A DNA stretch of 64,000 nucleotides from Octopus vulgaris (lineage: Eukaryota), in contig OX597816.1 of the NCBI GenBank assembly GCA_951406725.2, positions 18,972,001 to 19,036,000 on the forward strand, read 5' to 3'. Below, piece after piece: positions 1-14,103 of the stretch. The notes beneath the pieces were generated by a model. That model worked only from the letters and a program-made list of their open reading frames with translations, did no database searches and was not told where the DNA came from. Within the stretch, counting starts at the first letter, position 1. Each line of letters opens with the position of its first letter. Position numbers and translations under genes: made by a program.

Positions 1-199
1 AATGAACTATATGAAAATAACGATCGGCAGTTTTCTTTATCTACTGAATTTTGATTCATCACTTCTGTTGCCACGTGATACATTTCTTCGTTCTATAAAT
101 ATATTTTTGGAATATTAACTGACTGATTCACATATTTCCTTGGTTTAGTTTCTTAAATACGCCAGACAAGATGTTTTACCGATTATCTTCCAGCTTTGC

Positions 200-348
200 C
201 AGCTAAGTCCAAATTCCACTGTCGTCGCCTTAATCTTTCTTAGTTTAGGGAGTGATGAAACAATTACCATTGAGCACTGGCGTTGATGTAATCGACTACC
301 CTCCCACCCGTAATCTTTCAGGCCTTTAGCTTATAGAAGGAAGAATAT
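200..348 (+). mobile_element. Degenerate 3' part of SINE family A
   Basis: caaattcc...gagcactggcgttgatgtaatcgact...tttcaggcctt...tagaaggaagaatatt aligns by eye to the 3' half of the family A copies at 45530 and 56628. Confidence 0.6.
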
Positions 349-1310
349 TTTAGTATCTGGAAAGAATGCAATAATCAAAGTAGACATATGTTCCTCAATT
401 CAACAATTCAACTTTGGACATAATTTGGTATTGACGATGATGTATGGTATATTTAATATATGTTGACACTCTATGCATTACTCACTTGCGGAATTATTTT
501 AATAGCAGTCAATTATTCATTCCCTTGTTACGCACTAATAAATGAATATCCTATCAGATTTCAAGTTACTTTAACAAGTTTATAATACGCTATTTTCATG
601 TTAATTCCTTTAGTACGTCTACCATGTTGAGGTTGAATAGCTTTCAATGGTTACGAATGGTAGTGTATTCTTGCCAAAATCGATTTAAATGAAGGTAAGT
701 GATTTCCTAACAGGATTTATAAATCTGTTCTTTACTATGCTCGAATAGTTAAAAAATAAAGATTATTGATTATATTGTAAATATTATTTATAAAGGAAGT
801 TTCCTCTTTTAAACTATATTCGGAAATCTTCGAGATACGATGATAATTCACCTCCTTTCCTACTTATAATTTAGAATCAGTAATTTTATTGAACATGTAT
901 TATGATGGAAGAAATAATATACCTGCTATGGAAGATACGTTTCCCTGATGGAGGAGTATGAAAATAAATGTTAAAAAAATTTTAAAGTTTAAGCTTAAAA
1001 ATGCTGATAAAAATGTCGATATGGCCCTAAGTGAATAATATGTGAGGGTGCATCTATTACTGTTACAATAGACCTTTTGGAATATTTCGTCATTTGCATT
1101 TGAAATACTAGGCAGAAGCTAACAGAATGTAACGTAGAATACGTAAGAGAAATCTGAAAATGATTAAAAAATATATTCGCATACATTTATATAAGCCTTT
1201 TTCAATGCAACTAAAATAAGCTAAATATGTATGTGTGTGTATATAAGTATGTATATGTGTAAATATATATATATACACATCACACATATATTTATATATA
1301 CATACATACA

Positions 1311-1360
<50 letters not shown>

Positions 1361-2900
1361 TATGTATGTATGTATGTGTATAGGCATGCATTCATACATA
1401 AAGGCACGCACAAGCACACACATGTTTATGCATACATATAATATGCAATTAAGTGAAGTGTCAAATATAAGGATGTATGTGTATACAGATGTATATATGC
1501 ATAGATACATGCAGAAACACATGCGGAAACACACAACGCACATATACATGTATATAAGTATAAATAAATGAACAAACTTTTAAAACAATTGTTTATTTTG
1601 ATTCCCTTAGTCGGTTTTGCTCACAAATTTGGTCGTAAACCAAAAATTAATGGAGTATATTATATCACAGACATATTTTCTGTTAAAGCTATAGTATTTC
1701 TTAATTTATACTACCAGAGGTCTTTCAGTGGTTCCACATCCGTTGGTTAAAAAACGTGGCTTAGATATTCGTGTTTCACGGGATATTACTGAAGATAACA
1801 TTTTCAGTTGTTTCTGGGTTTAATACGTGTCGTAGCTTTCTGGATTTAACAGGTGTTCTTGTTGCAGATGAAGATGCTTAATAAGGCTCATTTTAACTGT
1901 TTATGATACAGAATGTATAGTGAACTTAGTGGTAGATAGTTAAAACTATAGATACATAATGGAACTGTAGTAAACAAAAAATATTTGAAATTTGGAACTA
2001 TATGTAACACTTGTGAGTCCAACTCATTTGCTGTATTGTGTAAGCGAGGAACTAACTATGGCATAGATTTGCGCGACGCTATTACAATTTTTTTTTTAAT
2101 GTCAGGAATATATTGAGCGCAATGAATTATACGTTAAAAGCTTTACCAATATTACGATATTTGCACGGGAGTTTAACTTCATTAAACTTACTTATCTTTG
2201 GATTTCTGAATGTGTGGATAGCTAGCATAAATACCGGCACAAAATATGCTACTATAGTCCGGCCATTTATATATCATATATATTAAAGTGCCAAGTTTGT
2301 GTGTATATCAAAATGATATACACACAAAACATCAAAATGATGTTCTTGTGATATACTGAGCTAGCTTTCTTCATTTGCATCAACTCGTGAATATACAATT
2401 GTATTGTTCACTGCTGAGCACACATATTAATACAAACATATAGGCATAATTTCTTGCGGAATGAATTTAATGCTACATAAACTGTCGGGATAAGCATAAT
2501 CTTATGGACGTTCTGAGGCTAAACATGTCTACCATTACGCCTGATACTTCTCGATTTAATGTTTATACACATATACAATACATTTACAGATGCATACGTA
2601 CATACACATGTACAATATATATATATAAGCACATGGATCCTAATCCTCCCAGAATGTTTTTCCAAATACTATTATTGAACTCTAAAAGCATAAAGACTCT
2701 ATAGTGTATTGGTATACTTATTTATTAATTTTTGGTATATATGTATTATTATTTTTTGAAAAAACATTGTAATTTTTTTTTCCCCTTACTCAATTTAAAA
2801 AAAAAAAATTATTTTCTCCTTCCAAATCTTGAAAATTTGCCTTGCATGAAAACCGCTTTCATTTATTTGTTTTCCTTTTTAATTTTTCATATACCGGAAA

Positions 2901-3298
2901 GGTGCAGGAGTGGCTGTGTGGTAAGTGGCTTGCTAACCAACCACATGGTTCCGGGTTCAGTCCCACTGCGTGGCATCTTGGGCAAGTGTCTTCTGCTATA
3001 GCCCCGGGCCGATCAATGCCTTGTGAGTGGATTTGGTAGACGGAAACTGAAAGAAGCCTGTCGTATATATGTATATATAAGTGTGTGTGTATATGTTTGT
3101 GTGTCTGTGTTTGTCCCCCTAGCATTGCTTGACAACCGATGTTGGTGTGTTTACGTCCCCGTAAATTAGCGGTTCGGCAAAAGAGACCGATAGAATAAGT
3201 ACTGGGCTTACAAAGAATAAGTATCCGGGGTCGACTAAAGGCGGTGCTCCGGCATGGCCGCAGTCAAATGACTGAAACAAGTAAAAGAGTAAAGAGTA
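2901..3298 (+). mobile_element. Full-length tRNA-derived SINE family B (CORE-like domain, internal TA/TG microsatellite)
   Basis: A-box-like tggctgtgtggta, B-box-like ggttcagtccc, CORE-like gtggcatcttgggcaagtgtctt, 3' tail (agtaaa)n; near-identical blocks recur at 15599, 33535, 45345, 56128. Confidence 0.9.
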
Positions 3299-3376
3299 AT
3301 ACCCATTTTTTATTAAACTTTACTTTCAATTTAGTATTCTGCCTTATTATAATTTTTCGTCTCCTATATATATATT

Positions 3377-3481
<105 letters not shown>

Positions 3482-3532
3482 ATATCATTATTTCTAATTC
3501 TCTCTAAAGAAGACCACGGCAGTGGTAATGGA

Positions 3533-3778
3533 TATTGATAGTTATCGCCAAACTAACATGGCAGGCCAGATAAATAGGTCGAATACTGCCGCAGATTAGA
3601 TCCAAGATGCCAGACCAGCAAGGGAAAGCTACTGACCTCCCCTGTTCAAATGCTATAATGGACACAGGTTTGTGTGTCACAGAGCTACCTAGAAGCGATG
3701 GCCACTTCGAGCTAATCAACGGCAGCATTCGTCCTATTTATCTGGACTACCATGTAAGCTTGGCGATAACTATGAATG
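3533..3778. mobile_element. MITE-like/foldback element with ~67 bp inverted arms
   Basis: 3533-3599 (gatagttatcgccaaactaacatggcaggccagataaataggtcgaatactgccgcagattag) is the imperfect reverse complement of 3712-3778. Confidence 0.7.
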
Positions 3779-3820
3779 TATACACACACATACACAAACA
3801 TACATACATACATACGTACG

Positions 3821-3910
<90 letters not shown>

Positions 3911-4066
3911 TGTAGGGGTTTTTAAATCAAAACTGGACCTCTTCCTGTCGAGAGTCCCAGATTAACCTACCTCACGGCAAGAGGTGCAAATGAGGGTAGC
4001 CATATCAAACTCCATTATTCACCAAGTGCCACTCATTAGAGGAGGCTCTTAGTAATAACAGTGTAG

Positions 4067-4125
4067 CAAAACGGCGGTGCATCAGCATGGCCGCAGCTGT
4101 GACCTAAAACTAAAAAAGAATAAAA
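4067..4125 (+). mobile_element. Isolated 3' tail fragment of SINE family B
   Basis: ggcggtgcatcagcatggccgcagc...aaaagaataaaa matches ggcggtgctccggcatggccgcagtc near 3240. Confidence 0.6.
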
Positions 4126-4142
4126 TATATATACATACATAC

Positions 4143-4206
<64 letters not shown>

Positions 4207-4210
<4 letters not shown>

Positions 4211-4480
4211 GAAGGAGTTTCTACAGGACTAGAACTGTTTCATTCAAGAGAAATCATCAGGAAGCTAGTTAACAAGAATTGTATTGGCATTTATACATTT
4301 AGGCAGGTTTAATGGGGTGGTGGTGGGGGACTTTTTGGGGGTAGGCATAGCGCAAAAATATCATACTTGGGGGAGTGGTCAAGGAGTCAGTGGTAAATTA
4401 GATAAAAGAATAAATAAAAGAAAAAAAAGAAAAAAATATATAGAAGAATAGAGTTTTAGGTAAATAAGGAGATTCTCACT
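4207..4480 (-). mobile_element. PLE-type 3' end with degenerate hammerhead-like motif (family H2), abutting (TA)n
   Basis: Minus strand reads CTGATGA tttc tctt gaat GAAAC agttctagtcctgtagaaactccttctata; the terminal ~40 bp recur at ~54376-54417. Confidence 0.5.
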
Positions 4481-5232
4481 TATACATATACACATATGTA
4501 TATATATACACACACACATACACATATACATACACACATACATATACACACACATATATATATACACATATATATACATATATATATATATATATATCCA
4601 TATACATGCATATATATATACACACACACATGTATATATACACACACGCTCACACATACATATACACACAAAAATATATACATACACACACATACACATA
4701 CACACATACACACACACATACACCTACACACATGCACACACAAGTCCATATATACACACATATATATATATACATATGTGTACCTATACATACCTACACA
4801 TACACACATATACATACAAATACAAACCCATTCCCTAATTTTAATTTTATTATCTTCATTTATTACATTTGTTATCTTTGACCGCGGGTCACAAGCATCT
4901 TGGCTATCGTCCCCCTGCGGACGACAGCAAGTCCATTTATCTTTCTACTCGAACACAAGCACTCACTGACGCACGCACACTCATTCGCACGCACACTCAC
5001 TCATTCGTACACTCATACGCATACACGCACGCACGCGTTATATTCATACATACATACATCTACATACATTCACATATATACACATACGTACGCGTACCTA
5101 CAGATTCATGTCTACACGCTTACACATACATACCTCAATACACCCACAGAAGACTAGTCCATACATATACACCAATAAATATATATATATACACCTACAT
5201 ACAAATACATATACACCTACATACAAATACAT

Positions 5233-5266
<34 letters not shown>

Positions 5267-5301
5267 GCGTATATATACATACATATACATACACCCATAT
5301 A

Positions 5302-5347
<46 letters not shown>

Positions 5348-5420
5348 GATAGATATGTAATCCTGTGTGTGTATGTGTATGTGTGCGTGTTTGTGTTTGT
5401 GTGTGTGAGTGTGTGTAGTT
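4480..5420. repeat. Compound degenerate (CA/TA)n low-complexity region
   Basis: Directly visible. Confidence 0.95.
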
Positions 5421-8297
5421 GTTTGGATACGTTTGGACTATATGTACGAATGTGTGTACATATCCCCACTTTGCAATGCAGCAATATTTTCCATTTTGCA
5501 TGGCCTTTTATATGTGGCTTTCTTTGTATTTCGATACACTCCGATTTGCGAAGCAAATACCACATAAATACAAGTGAACGAAAGTTACGCATTTTTAATG
5601 TTTTATTTGCGCATAAATATTACTGCTTTTAAAAGTATGTTGACGTTTTTCTTCCGGGTAGACATTTAACATGAAAAATTTTAATTCAAATATATGTAAT
5701 TGACATTGTGTAAAAGTTTCGATTATTCCTGACTTTATACAGTTAATATAAATGGTTACGAAAGAATTTTATATCTAGATAGCACCATATTATGAACGAA
5801 GAAGTTCCCACAGGTTCACTCTGAACCCAATTTTGCATTTCCTACAGTATAACGAAATCAACATCTATTATTTTATTCAAATGAAATAATGTTTTTAAAA
5901 AATCTTATATTTCATTCCGATTTGTGTGAATTTAACAACAAAATGCATTTACTCAATAATCTCATTTCTCAACTAAATTTTAATTTAAAATTCTTGGAAT
6001 ACACGCAATGCTTAGTAAATCGTTTTAGGTATTTTGAAAATATGCATGTCAGAAATAGGTGAAACGGTGAGAATGAAAAATTAAATGTGCCTGATTAATA
6101 CGGTTTGAAGACTAGCGAAACTATTACACTATACGAATTCTTATCCTCTATTACGTGCATTGAATTTATCTGCGGAAGGAGAAATTAATGTGAATGATAT
6201 TTAACGTACTTTGTTAGTGAACCAGATTCTTTATAGGTTTTCTGTTATCTGAATAAATCTGATAATGTATTTGAACAATCGTTTCTATCTCAGCGAATGA
6301 TACATTGTCCCGTTTGTCAAACACATCTGAGCGGCAGCAATACTATGAGGTATCTGACCAAATATCATAAGCAATTGCCAATATAGATGTGAGGCGACGA
6401 TTGGTCACGGCAATGTTTACTATGATATAAACCATATCATAGTAAACTTTGTAGTTGACCGTTTTGGATCAGTGGATGTTAGTCCTATACAATCAGTCTC
6501 TGTATAAAACCCACGGAAATGGGTATCTAAGACAATAATGTAAGTCACACAGAAAGTAATATGAGAAAGTAAAGGAAGTTTAAAACCCATTTTAACGAAT
6601 CTCAGCAACCTCTAGAAATGAGAACGCAGAGTCGTCGAAAGAATGAAAGTATATACAGCAATAAATGGTAAATTATTAGCTAACGAGAGAGAAATGAACT
6701 ACTTGGCTTGTGCGAGACATTTGTAACATCAGCAGAAACCAGGATGGAATTGAACTTGAAACGTCCTGAGAAAAAAGTGAAATGAATACCTTAGATGGGC
6801 AAAACCTAAAAAGGCATCTGCCAGAGTTTAAGATTTCATAAAGCTTCTACTAGCATTGTCTAGCTACTAAAACAGCTTTGGAATTCGTTGAAGATGATGT
6901 GGGTGAGATGAAATGTTACCCAATCGAGGATATATGCGGAAGTCGATACATATCTAAAGAGGATAGAACTGATAATATCGACTAATTTCGTTGTCTTGCT
7001 TTACTAAGCGTGGAAAATCAGCGTTTATTCAGCAATGCATCCAAGAGTGTCTCAAACATCCTGCTGTTTAAGAGCTATTACGGTTGTAGGAAAGAGAGAC
7101 AAACCAGGAGTCTGTAGCTGCCGTGTACTCATATGCATTGCGACAGCGCTCATTTAAGAGGCACAACGGGAAAAAGCAGGACATAGCGTAGCTGTGGATC
7201 CATTTGACCAGAAGATCCGCTTGACCAGAATAAGGTTGATGAAACTGTGGGCATTAGAGAAGAGAGCAACAGAGGAGTAACGAAGTGCAATGAAGATGCT
7301 CTGGGTGGAATATGGTAATAGGTTGGGTGTCTGTAGAATGACGGTTGAACAAAATCCGAGGTTTGACGAACCCTGTTCCGAATTTGTGGATGATGGTATT
7401 GTAAGACACATTTAGTGACTCAAGAACACAACACTGATATGTCCGAATATTGGCTCTGTAGATATATGATAAATCAGAACCGGAAAACTATATCTGCCGT
7501 TGAAAACATTTTTAACAAAATATACGATATAATTACTAAACAAGCTTCGCCGCATCTGAATTTATTGATTCTATATCATAATTTATATTTAGATTTAGTC
7601 AGAAATAATTTTAGAATTGTAACAGAACTGAGAATCTGCGCGAGTAATAAACGAATTATCTCGATTTTGACAAATATCATCGTTTATAATATCAATTCGT
7701 ATGATCTATAGTCTTATACGTTATTTCTGACGTACACAGCTCTCCAATTCTACACTACCAGATGATTTATTCTTTTATATCCAGTCTACTCCTATGCTTA
7801 ATTTAGCCATCTAATTGTCTATTCTACATTAACGTTGGCTATTGAATTTGTTATTCTCATGTAAATATAGCCTTCATTAAATATATTTTGTGCGTTGGTT
7901 CCTGCTATTTGTTGTCTCACACGAACTGAAAGTAAAATCAGTGTTTATTGATGCAGTGTTTATGTTCAACAATACAAACATTTACAAATGATTATTATGA
8001 AAAGTTATGACAGAAAATTTACTGTGTTTAATATTTTGAGGCACTCTATATTAATATCAAGCTCATTATCTTTTATGCACATAATTACTGATTGAATTGT
8101 GGCAGTCGTTGCACCTTCGTACAACAATGTAAACTTTTCATGGGTGTGCACCAAGTATTTTTTTGCCACTATTGTAAATCGTTAGACTTATCGCTAGAAA
8201 TGGGGTATTCACCCATTCTCGGATGTGAGGTAAGTTATTTTAAAATACTTAAACTCTCGATTACTTGCATACGTTTAACATATTCGGCACGATGTAT

Positions 8298-8522
8298 ATT
8301 TCTTTGCTACCCACAAGGGGCTAACCCAGATGCGACAAACAAGGACAGACAAACGGATTAAGTCGATTACATCTACCCCTGTGTGTAACTGGTACTCAAT
8401 TTATCGACCTCGAAAGGATGAAAGGCAAAGTCGACCTCGGCGGAATTTGAACTCGGAACGTAACGACAGACGAAATACGGCTACGCATTTCGCCTGTCGT
8501 GCCAACGTTTCTGCCAGCTCGC
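8298..8522 (-). mobile_element. SINE family A (tRNA-derived head, central ccgaggtcgactttgcctttcatcctttcg domain)
   Basis: Reverse complement matches the copy at 20924; the central domain resembles the Meta/MESC SINE domain as I recall it. Confidence 0.9.
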
Positions 8523-8830
8523 GGAAACTTGTTGAAAGAATTTGCCTAAGTATCTATCAACTACGAAATGTTATCGGTTCTTGTATGTATTGTTTGCATA
8601 AAATATTGGCATTGAGATATTAAGTCTATGGAATCTGAAACGGTACCAAATATTTTATGCTTGTCCAGGTGTCCTTCCTCTATTATCATGACCATCAATT
8701 ATATCATTTCTTCAACACACTTTACCCTTGATACACTACACATTAGCAAGTGACATATTTGATTAATTGAAATGTCGAAGTTTAAATTTATTTTCGTGCG
8801 ATGATATGATTTAGACTACGTATAGGGAGT

Positions 8831-9152
8831 ATGGAGGTGCAATGGCCCAGTGGTCAGGGCAGCGGACTCGCGATCGGAGGATCGCGGTTTCGATTACCAA
8901 ACCGGGCGTTGTGTGTGTTTATTGAGCGAAAATACCAAAAGCTCCACGAGGTTCTGGAAGAGGGTGGTGGCAACCCCTGTTGTACTCTTCCGCCCCACTT
9001 TGTATACTTTGTATCACTCTCTTTTCCTGTTTCTTAAGTCACGCTTCGATGGACTGGCGTCCCGCCCAGCTGGGGTGAAGCCCAGAAATCGAGAAACTGG
9101 GACCATGAGCCTAGCTAGGCTTGAAAAGGGCGCATAAATAAATAAAAATAGA
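8831..9152 (+). mobile_element. tRNA-derived SINE family C
   Basis: A-box tggcccagtgg, B-box-like gtttcgatt, A-rich tail; possible 8 bp TSD tataggga (8821-8828 / 9156-9163); second copy at 50038. Confidence 0.85.
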
Positions 9153-10880
9153 GAATATAGGGAAGCACCCTTTTCTAATAAATTAACTTATTGCAGGTGA
9201 AATATAGTGCAAATAATTAGGTAAGTAGAGAATAAAATATTTGGTTTATTGTAGTCTTTATTTCTCACTCAAGGGCCTGCTCTCTCCAACTCAATGAAAT
9301 GAAACACGATCATTTGATTTTGTGAATAATGTTAAACATATTGTCTGTGATTCCTATGATATTGATCATGAGCTAACTATTATAATAATGATCGCAATAA
9401 TTATAATTATGAAATTTTTTGTGTTTGATTTGTAAGAGAAATCGATGTTTTGCGACGTTTTTGGCCTTGAATACATTCGAAACAAAATATTTCACGTAGT
9501 CTTCCAAATAATTGCGAAGTTACGAGTAAATTTAACAAAAGCTATTAGTTATTGCAGCAGAAACATCAAAGATTTATTTGTTGGAAGACTTAACCTTGTC
9601 TGTGCGACTCTTACATTTTACAAAGTATCTGCATAATCTTTACAAAACTCAGCATCCTTGAAAAACTGATTTATGTCACCGTATAAATATTTTGGCGAAG
9701 TTCCATTGATAAGATTGGCATATTGGTAACATTTACAGAGACTCACAAATATTCTAAAATGTGCACGCTTCAACAAGCCTAAATAGTATTAAGAAAGTTA
9801 TTTCATTCGTCAAGGTCTATTGTGAAATTAAAGAATCACCAGGAGAGAAATCTATTTGTTTGAATCGATTGAATGCAGGAAGTATTGTGGTAGCTTTTGC
9901 TTCTAAAATTCGTTGACCTCGACACTAATATAACTACAAATTAACAGTCATGTCTAGAGATAAGAGAAAAAAAAAAGCGTGAATGGGTATTAGTCGTAAA
10001 AGTGTTATCCTCGGCATAAAAATAAGATTTTATGTTTTTTTAAAAATGATTTGTTAGTTTATTTAAAATATTTAGGCACTAGAGATATTTTCTGAAATAA
10101 CACTGTATGTATTATATGGACATGAACGAATAAAAAATACGTCGAACGCAACACGCAAGCATGTAAATATAATGAATTCATCGAAATAGTGCAAAAGCAG
10201 TGGAATATATATGCATGTGTATGTGCACGTGTATGCACATGAATCTGTATAAATACTTGTGCGTAGATATGTATAAATATATACGTGTATGTACGTGTCT
10301 GTACATATATTATTTCTAACTACTAAGATATACATATTTGAAGATATACATTAATATATAAATTAGTATATGTAATTACTATTTAAAAAGGAACAGCATC
10401 ACCACTACCGCCTCTGCAGAAGCAATAAAGACAATAGCAAGAATGATAATAATATTGATAAATAGTTTTTATAGTATATTTGAGAGATATCAATAATTAT
10501 ATTTATATCTGAGACAAGATTAATGTGCGCGTATGTGTGTGAATATGAAAGCTATAATTGCCTTCATGTGTTATAATTTGCTTCATGCATACAAATGCTG
10601 TGAAATTCAGCGGAATTTATTTTTTGTCTTGTCGCATCTGGCAAATATTTCTATCTCAATTTAATGAAAGGCATCATAAATTCTTACATTCTTTAGCACA
10701 CGCGTACACACTCAAACATGGAGTAACACACACACACGCACACACAAACAAAAACAACAACGCAAATATACATGTATATAAATATGTGTGCTTGGAAATA
10801 TATATATATATATACTCATACATATACGTGCATATATGTGCATATGCATATATGTATAAAAAAATATATATATATACATT

Positions 10881-10915
<35 letters not shown>

Positions 10916-10954
10916 TTATTTATTCATATATATATATTTATATATATATATATA

Positions 10955-11022
<68 letters not shown>

Positions 11023-11428
11023 CATACATACATACATACATACAAACATACATACATGTGTAAATAGATACGTTTTTGCAAATAAATCAAGTGATTAATA
11101 ACGTCCAACTCGTTAAAACTGCAATTAGTTAGTGCATCATAGAAGAATATAATTAATTGATATTATTTATTAATTGTGAGAAATGAATTCACGCTAAAAT
11201 AACATTCATAATTTACGACCTGAAATTTATCAAACATAAAGTCTTCATTTTTCTTAGTTGAAATATTTAAAAAAATACAACAAATGTAATAAATACATTA
11301 AAAGTAATACAGTTACCAGTTGGAAAATATTGGCCATTTGTTATTCATATCACGGATATCTTGAAAGCATAAAGTATTACTAATGTTTAGGAAATTCCAT
11401 ATGAAAATAAATATATATAAATAACTTT

Positions 11429-11838
11429 TTGGGCTGTCCGGAAAGTTCGTGCCGATATTTAAAGGAAAGATAAAGGTCAATAAATACTTGCCATTACATT
11501 TCTAATCAACCAAATAGAAAACATTTTGTTGCACAATGCGTCTCCATCTTTCCGTCAACTTAAAAATACCCTCTTCCCTGAATTGACGTGGTTTCATGAC
11601 AAATAAGTCTTCAAGGTATCTTTTTATATTATCCAAGGAATTGAAATTTTTACCATTAAGACTATTCTGCAGAGACCTGAATAAGTGGTAATATCTAGTG
11701 ATAAGGAGCAATATCTAGTAAATATGGAGGGTGTGGTAATACATCCCAGCCAAGCTGTAGCAATTTTTGTTTGGTTCCCAAAACATCAAGTGCCGAAAAT
11801 GAACTTTCTTATCTTTCATATCGCTTTTGATACACATT
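11429..11838 (-). mobile_element. Internally deleted mariner transposon, copy 1 (transposase pseudogene)
   Basis: Minus strand MKDKKVHFRHLMFWE joined to TKQKLLQLGWDVLPHPPYLLDIAP and YYHLFRSLQNSLNGKNF...GIFKLTERWRRIVQQN; TIR-like ttgggctgtccggaaagttcgtgccgat at 11429. Confidence 0.9.
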
Positions 11839-11840
11839 TA

Positions 11841-13221
11841 TTGGGTCATCCCATAAACAATGCATCTTATTTACTTCTTTTATTTTTCAAAATTAAGATG
11901 AAACAAAGTTCGTTTTAATCTAAACTACACTTTTCCATCTATCAGGTAGACTTGCAAGGCCCCTCTAAAAATATTCACTTGTCCGTGATAGAAAATATAC
12001 CTCCAGTACTATTCTGACCTTGTCTACAAAATTCATATTTCTTCGTCCGAATGATTTTGAAGATTGCAGAATAAATGATAAACAGATGGAGTAACGTTCT
12101 GCGAATGTTCTAGATGACCGAGCATTAACCTGGCGAAAGAATACGTTTCTAGCAATGACCTAAGCCTATCAAGCTGCTCGCAGTAGATCTCTTCTGTTAT
12201 CGTTTGGTTTGGGTTTAAAAGTTGAAAGTGGTCTAAAAGTTTCATATTCCACAAAACAGATGACAGCACCTCATGTGCGCGAAGATGTTCTTAAGCCAGT
12301 GTTTCTCCATTCGGTACCCGCTGCCTTCGGCGCTTAACTTCTTGTTAAACAGAACGGATTTCTCGGCACCAGTCACTCTGCGGTCCACATATATTAACTG
12401 AGCCCGATGAGACTCGGAAAGTTTCTGAGGAACACATGGACCCAATTTGCTGACTTTTAGATGGCGCGAAATTGTCGATGAATTATTCAATGACTAAATC
12501 CAAGAATGGCAAGTTTTTAAGCAGTTACGATTGGATCCTGTTGCACAGGGTTTGCCAGACGTCCATATCGAGCTCTAGAGATCTTCCAGGACAAGCCTCG
12601 TCTTCTAGGCTGTAGTTTCCGGCTCGTAATTTCGGGAACCACCTTTGACACTGGCTTACACATGTTGTCCGATCCCCATATACTGCATGAGAAGGTGAAA
12701 TAAGGATAGAAAAAAATTAAAGAAATGAATGGTAATATGAAAAGAGTATAAAATGTGACGCAATGTCCACTCAATCATCCACGAAATCGAGTGGTTACAT
12801 TTCGACAGCTTTTCTTTCTTATATTTTAAGTATTCTTTTATATTTTAAGTTCCCTGAGTTTGTCTTTGTATATGTATGTCTTGTAATTGGATCATTCTGT
12901 ATTTAGCCACTTGCGAGTAATAAAAGAAATAGATCCCCATATACCGCATTAATATTCCTCGCACTTTGCGTTGCGTTGCTGCCTTTATTGAACTCATAAA
13001 GCAAAATATGCCGAATATGCTCATCCGTCACTTCCTTTACAGCTTTGCAAAAACAAACTGTTAATATCAAACTGCACTCTTCAAAACTAAGAATAAGAAT
13101 AAGCCCAACGTAACATTACTACCTGCATTTATAATAAGTTGATGCGTGTAGTTTATCCCGTCCCCCACCAACTTTTAGTTCATGGAATTAAAAAGACTGC
13201 ATTAATTACGGGATGACCCAA
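11841..13221 (-). mobile_element. Decayed near-full-length mariner transposon, copy 2, with both TIRs and TA TSD
   Basis: TIRs ttgggtcatcccataaacaatgca (11841) and tgcattaattacgggatgacccaa (ends 13221), TA on both sides; remnants EVTDEHIRHILLYEFNKG, KVSKLGPCVPQKLSE, VTGAEKSVLF, LLNPNQTITEEIYCEQLDRL, PSVYHLFCNLQNH; start codon position reads AAG at 13037. Confidence 0.92.
12689..12931 (+). mobile_element. 243 bp retroposed insertion inside mariner copy 2
   Basis: Flanked by an 18 bp direct repeat gatccccatatac(t/c)gcat (12671-12688 / 12932-12949); ends in aataaaagaaata; interrupts the transposase frame at ...NINAVYG. Confidence 0.8.
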
Positions 13222-13229
13222 TATGTATG

Positions 13230-13291
<62 letters not shown>

Positions 13292-13499
13292 TGTGTGTGT
13301 ATGTGTATATGTATGTATAAATATGTATTGTATATATACATACACGCATACACACTTACACTAAAATGTTCGTGCCTGTGTATTTATGTTTGTGCTCAAT
13401 ATATTTGTGTGTTATCTATGTCTTTCTCAATATAGGAAGTAGAGCAGACACCTATGTCGGTACGAGTGCGCCGTTGTCAACAAGATGATATATGATGGT

Positions 13500-13875
13500 A
13501 AACTTTGCTCCAAAACATGGTCATAATTAATCTGATCTATCAATTTAGATTATGCCAGATTTCGAATTGTTTCATTTGTGCATCTTCCCATGTGAAAACA
13601 TAGTTAATACCTTCTCCAACCCCCAGATTACTTGTCTATCTTATTCGATTGCCATTACCAATATATTTGCCTACTTACTTGGATCTTATCCAATTCAATT
13701 TGAGTCTATGAAGCATTTCGTATTTCGGATAATTCCGATGTCTGATTCAATTTGCTCATATACATACAGTTGATGTATCAACATTGATTTTTTCCTCCTT
13801 AATTTCTACATATCAGCAGCTAATCGGATCAAATAAATCGCCCTTGCTCGAGTTCCCTTCATACATGCCCTTCAG
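13500..13875 (-). pseudogene. Possible very old LINE (RTE-like) RT remnant
   Basis: Minus-strand fragments GTRARAIYLIRL and KCFID resemble the GTRxAIFxLR...CFIDY RT motifs; many stops. Confidence 0.25.
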
Positions 13876-13894
13876 GATAATAAAAGAAATCCTC

Positions 13895-14072
13895 CTCATC
13901 ATCATCATTATCTTCATTATCATTATTATTATTTCGCCATCATCGTCATCATCATAGTCGTCATAGTTGTCGTCGTCGTCATCATCCTCATCATCATTAT
14001 CATTATTATTATTTCGTCATCTCATTATCATTATTATCGAAGTAGTCATCGTCGTCATCGTGATCGTGATCG

Positions 14073-14103
<31 letters not shown>

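Noticed and set aside
613-694. Plus-strand exon-like segment (cctttAG ... gaag|GTAAGT)
   Set aside because: Stop codons in all three frames and no other support; at best a non-coding exon
6600-7420. Purine-rich, more GC-balanced block that may be a decayed retroelement
   Set aside because: No recognisable motif in the frames I read; cannot assign
8831-8905. tRNA-like sequences at SINE heads (also 2901, 20924, 50038)
   Set aside because: Cloverleaf stems are incomplete and each continues into a repeated SINE body, so they are not tRNA genes
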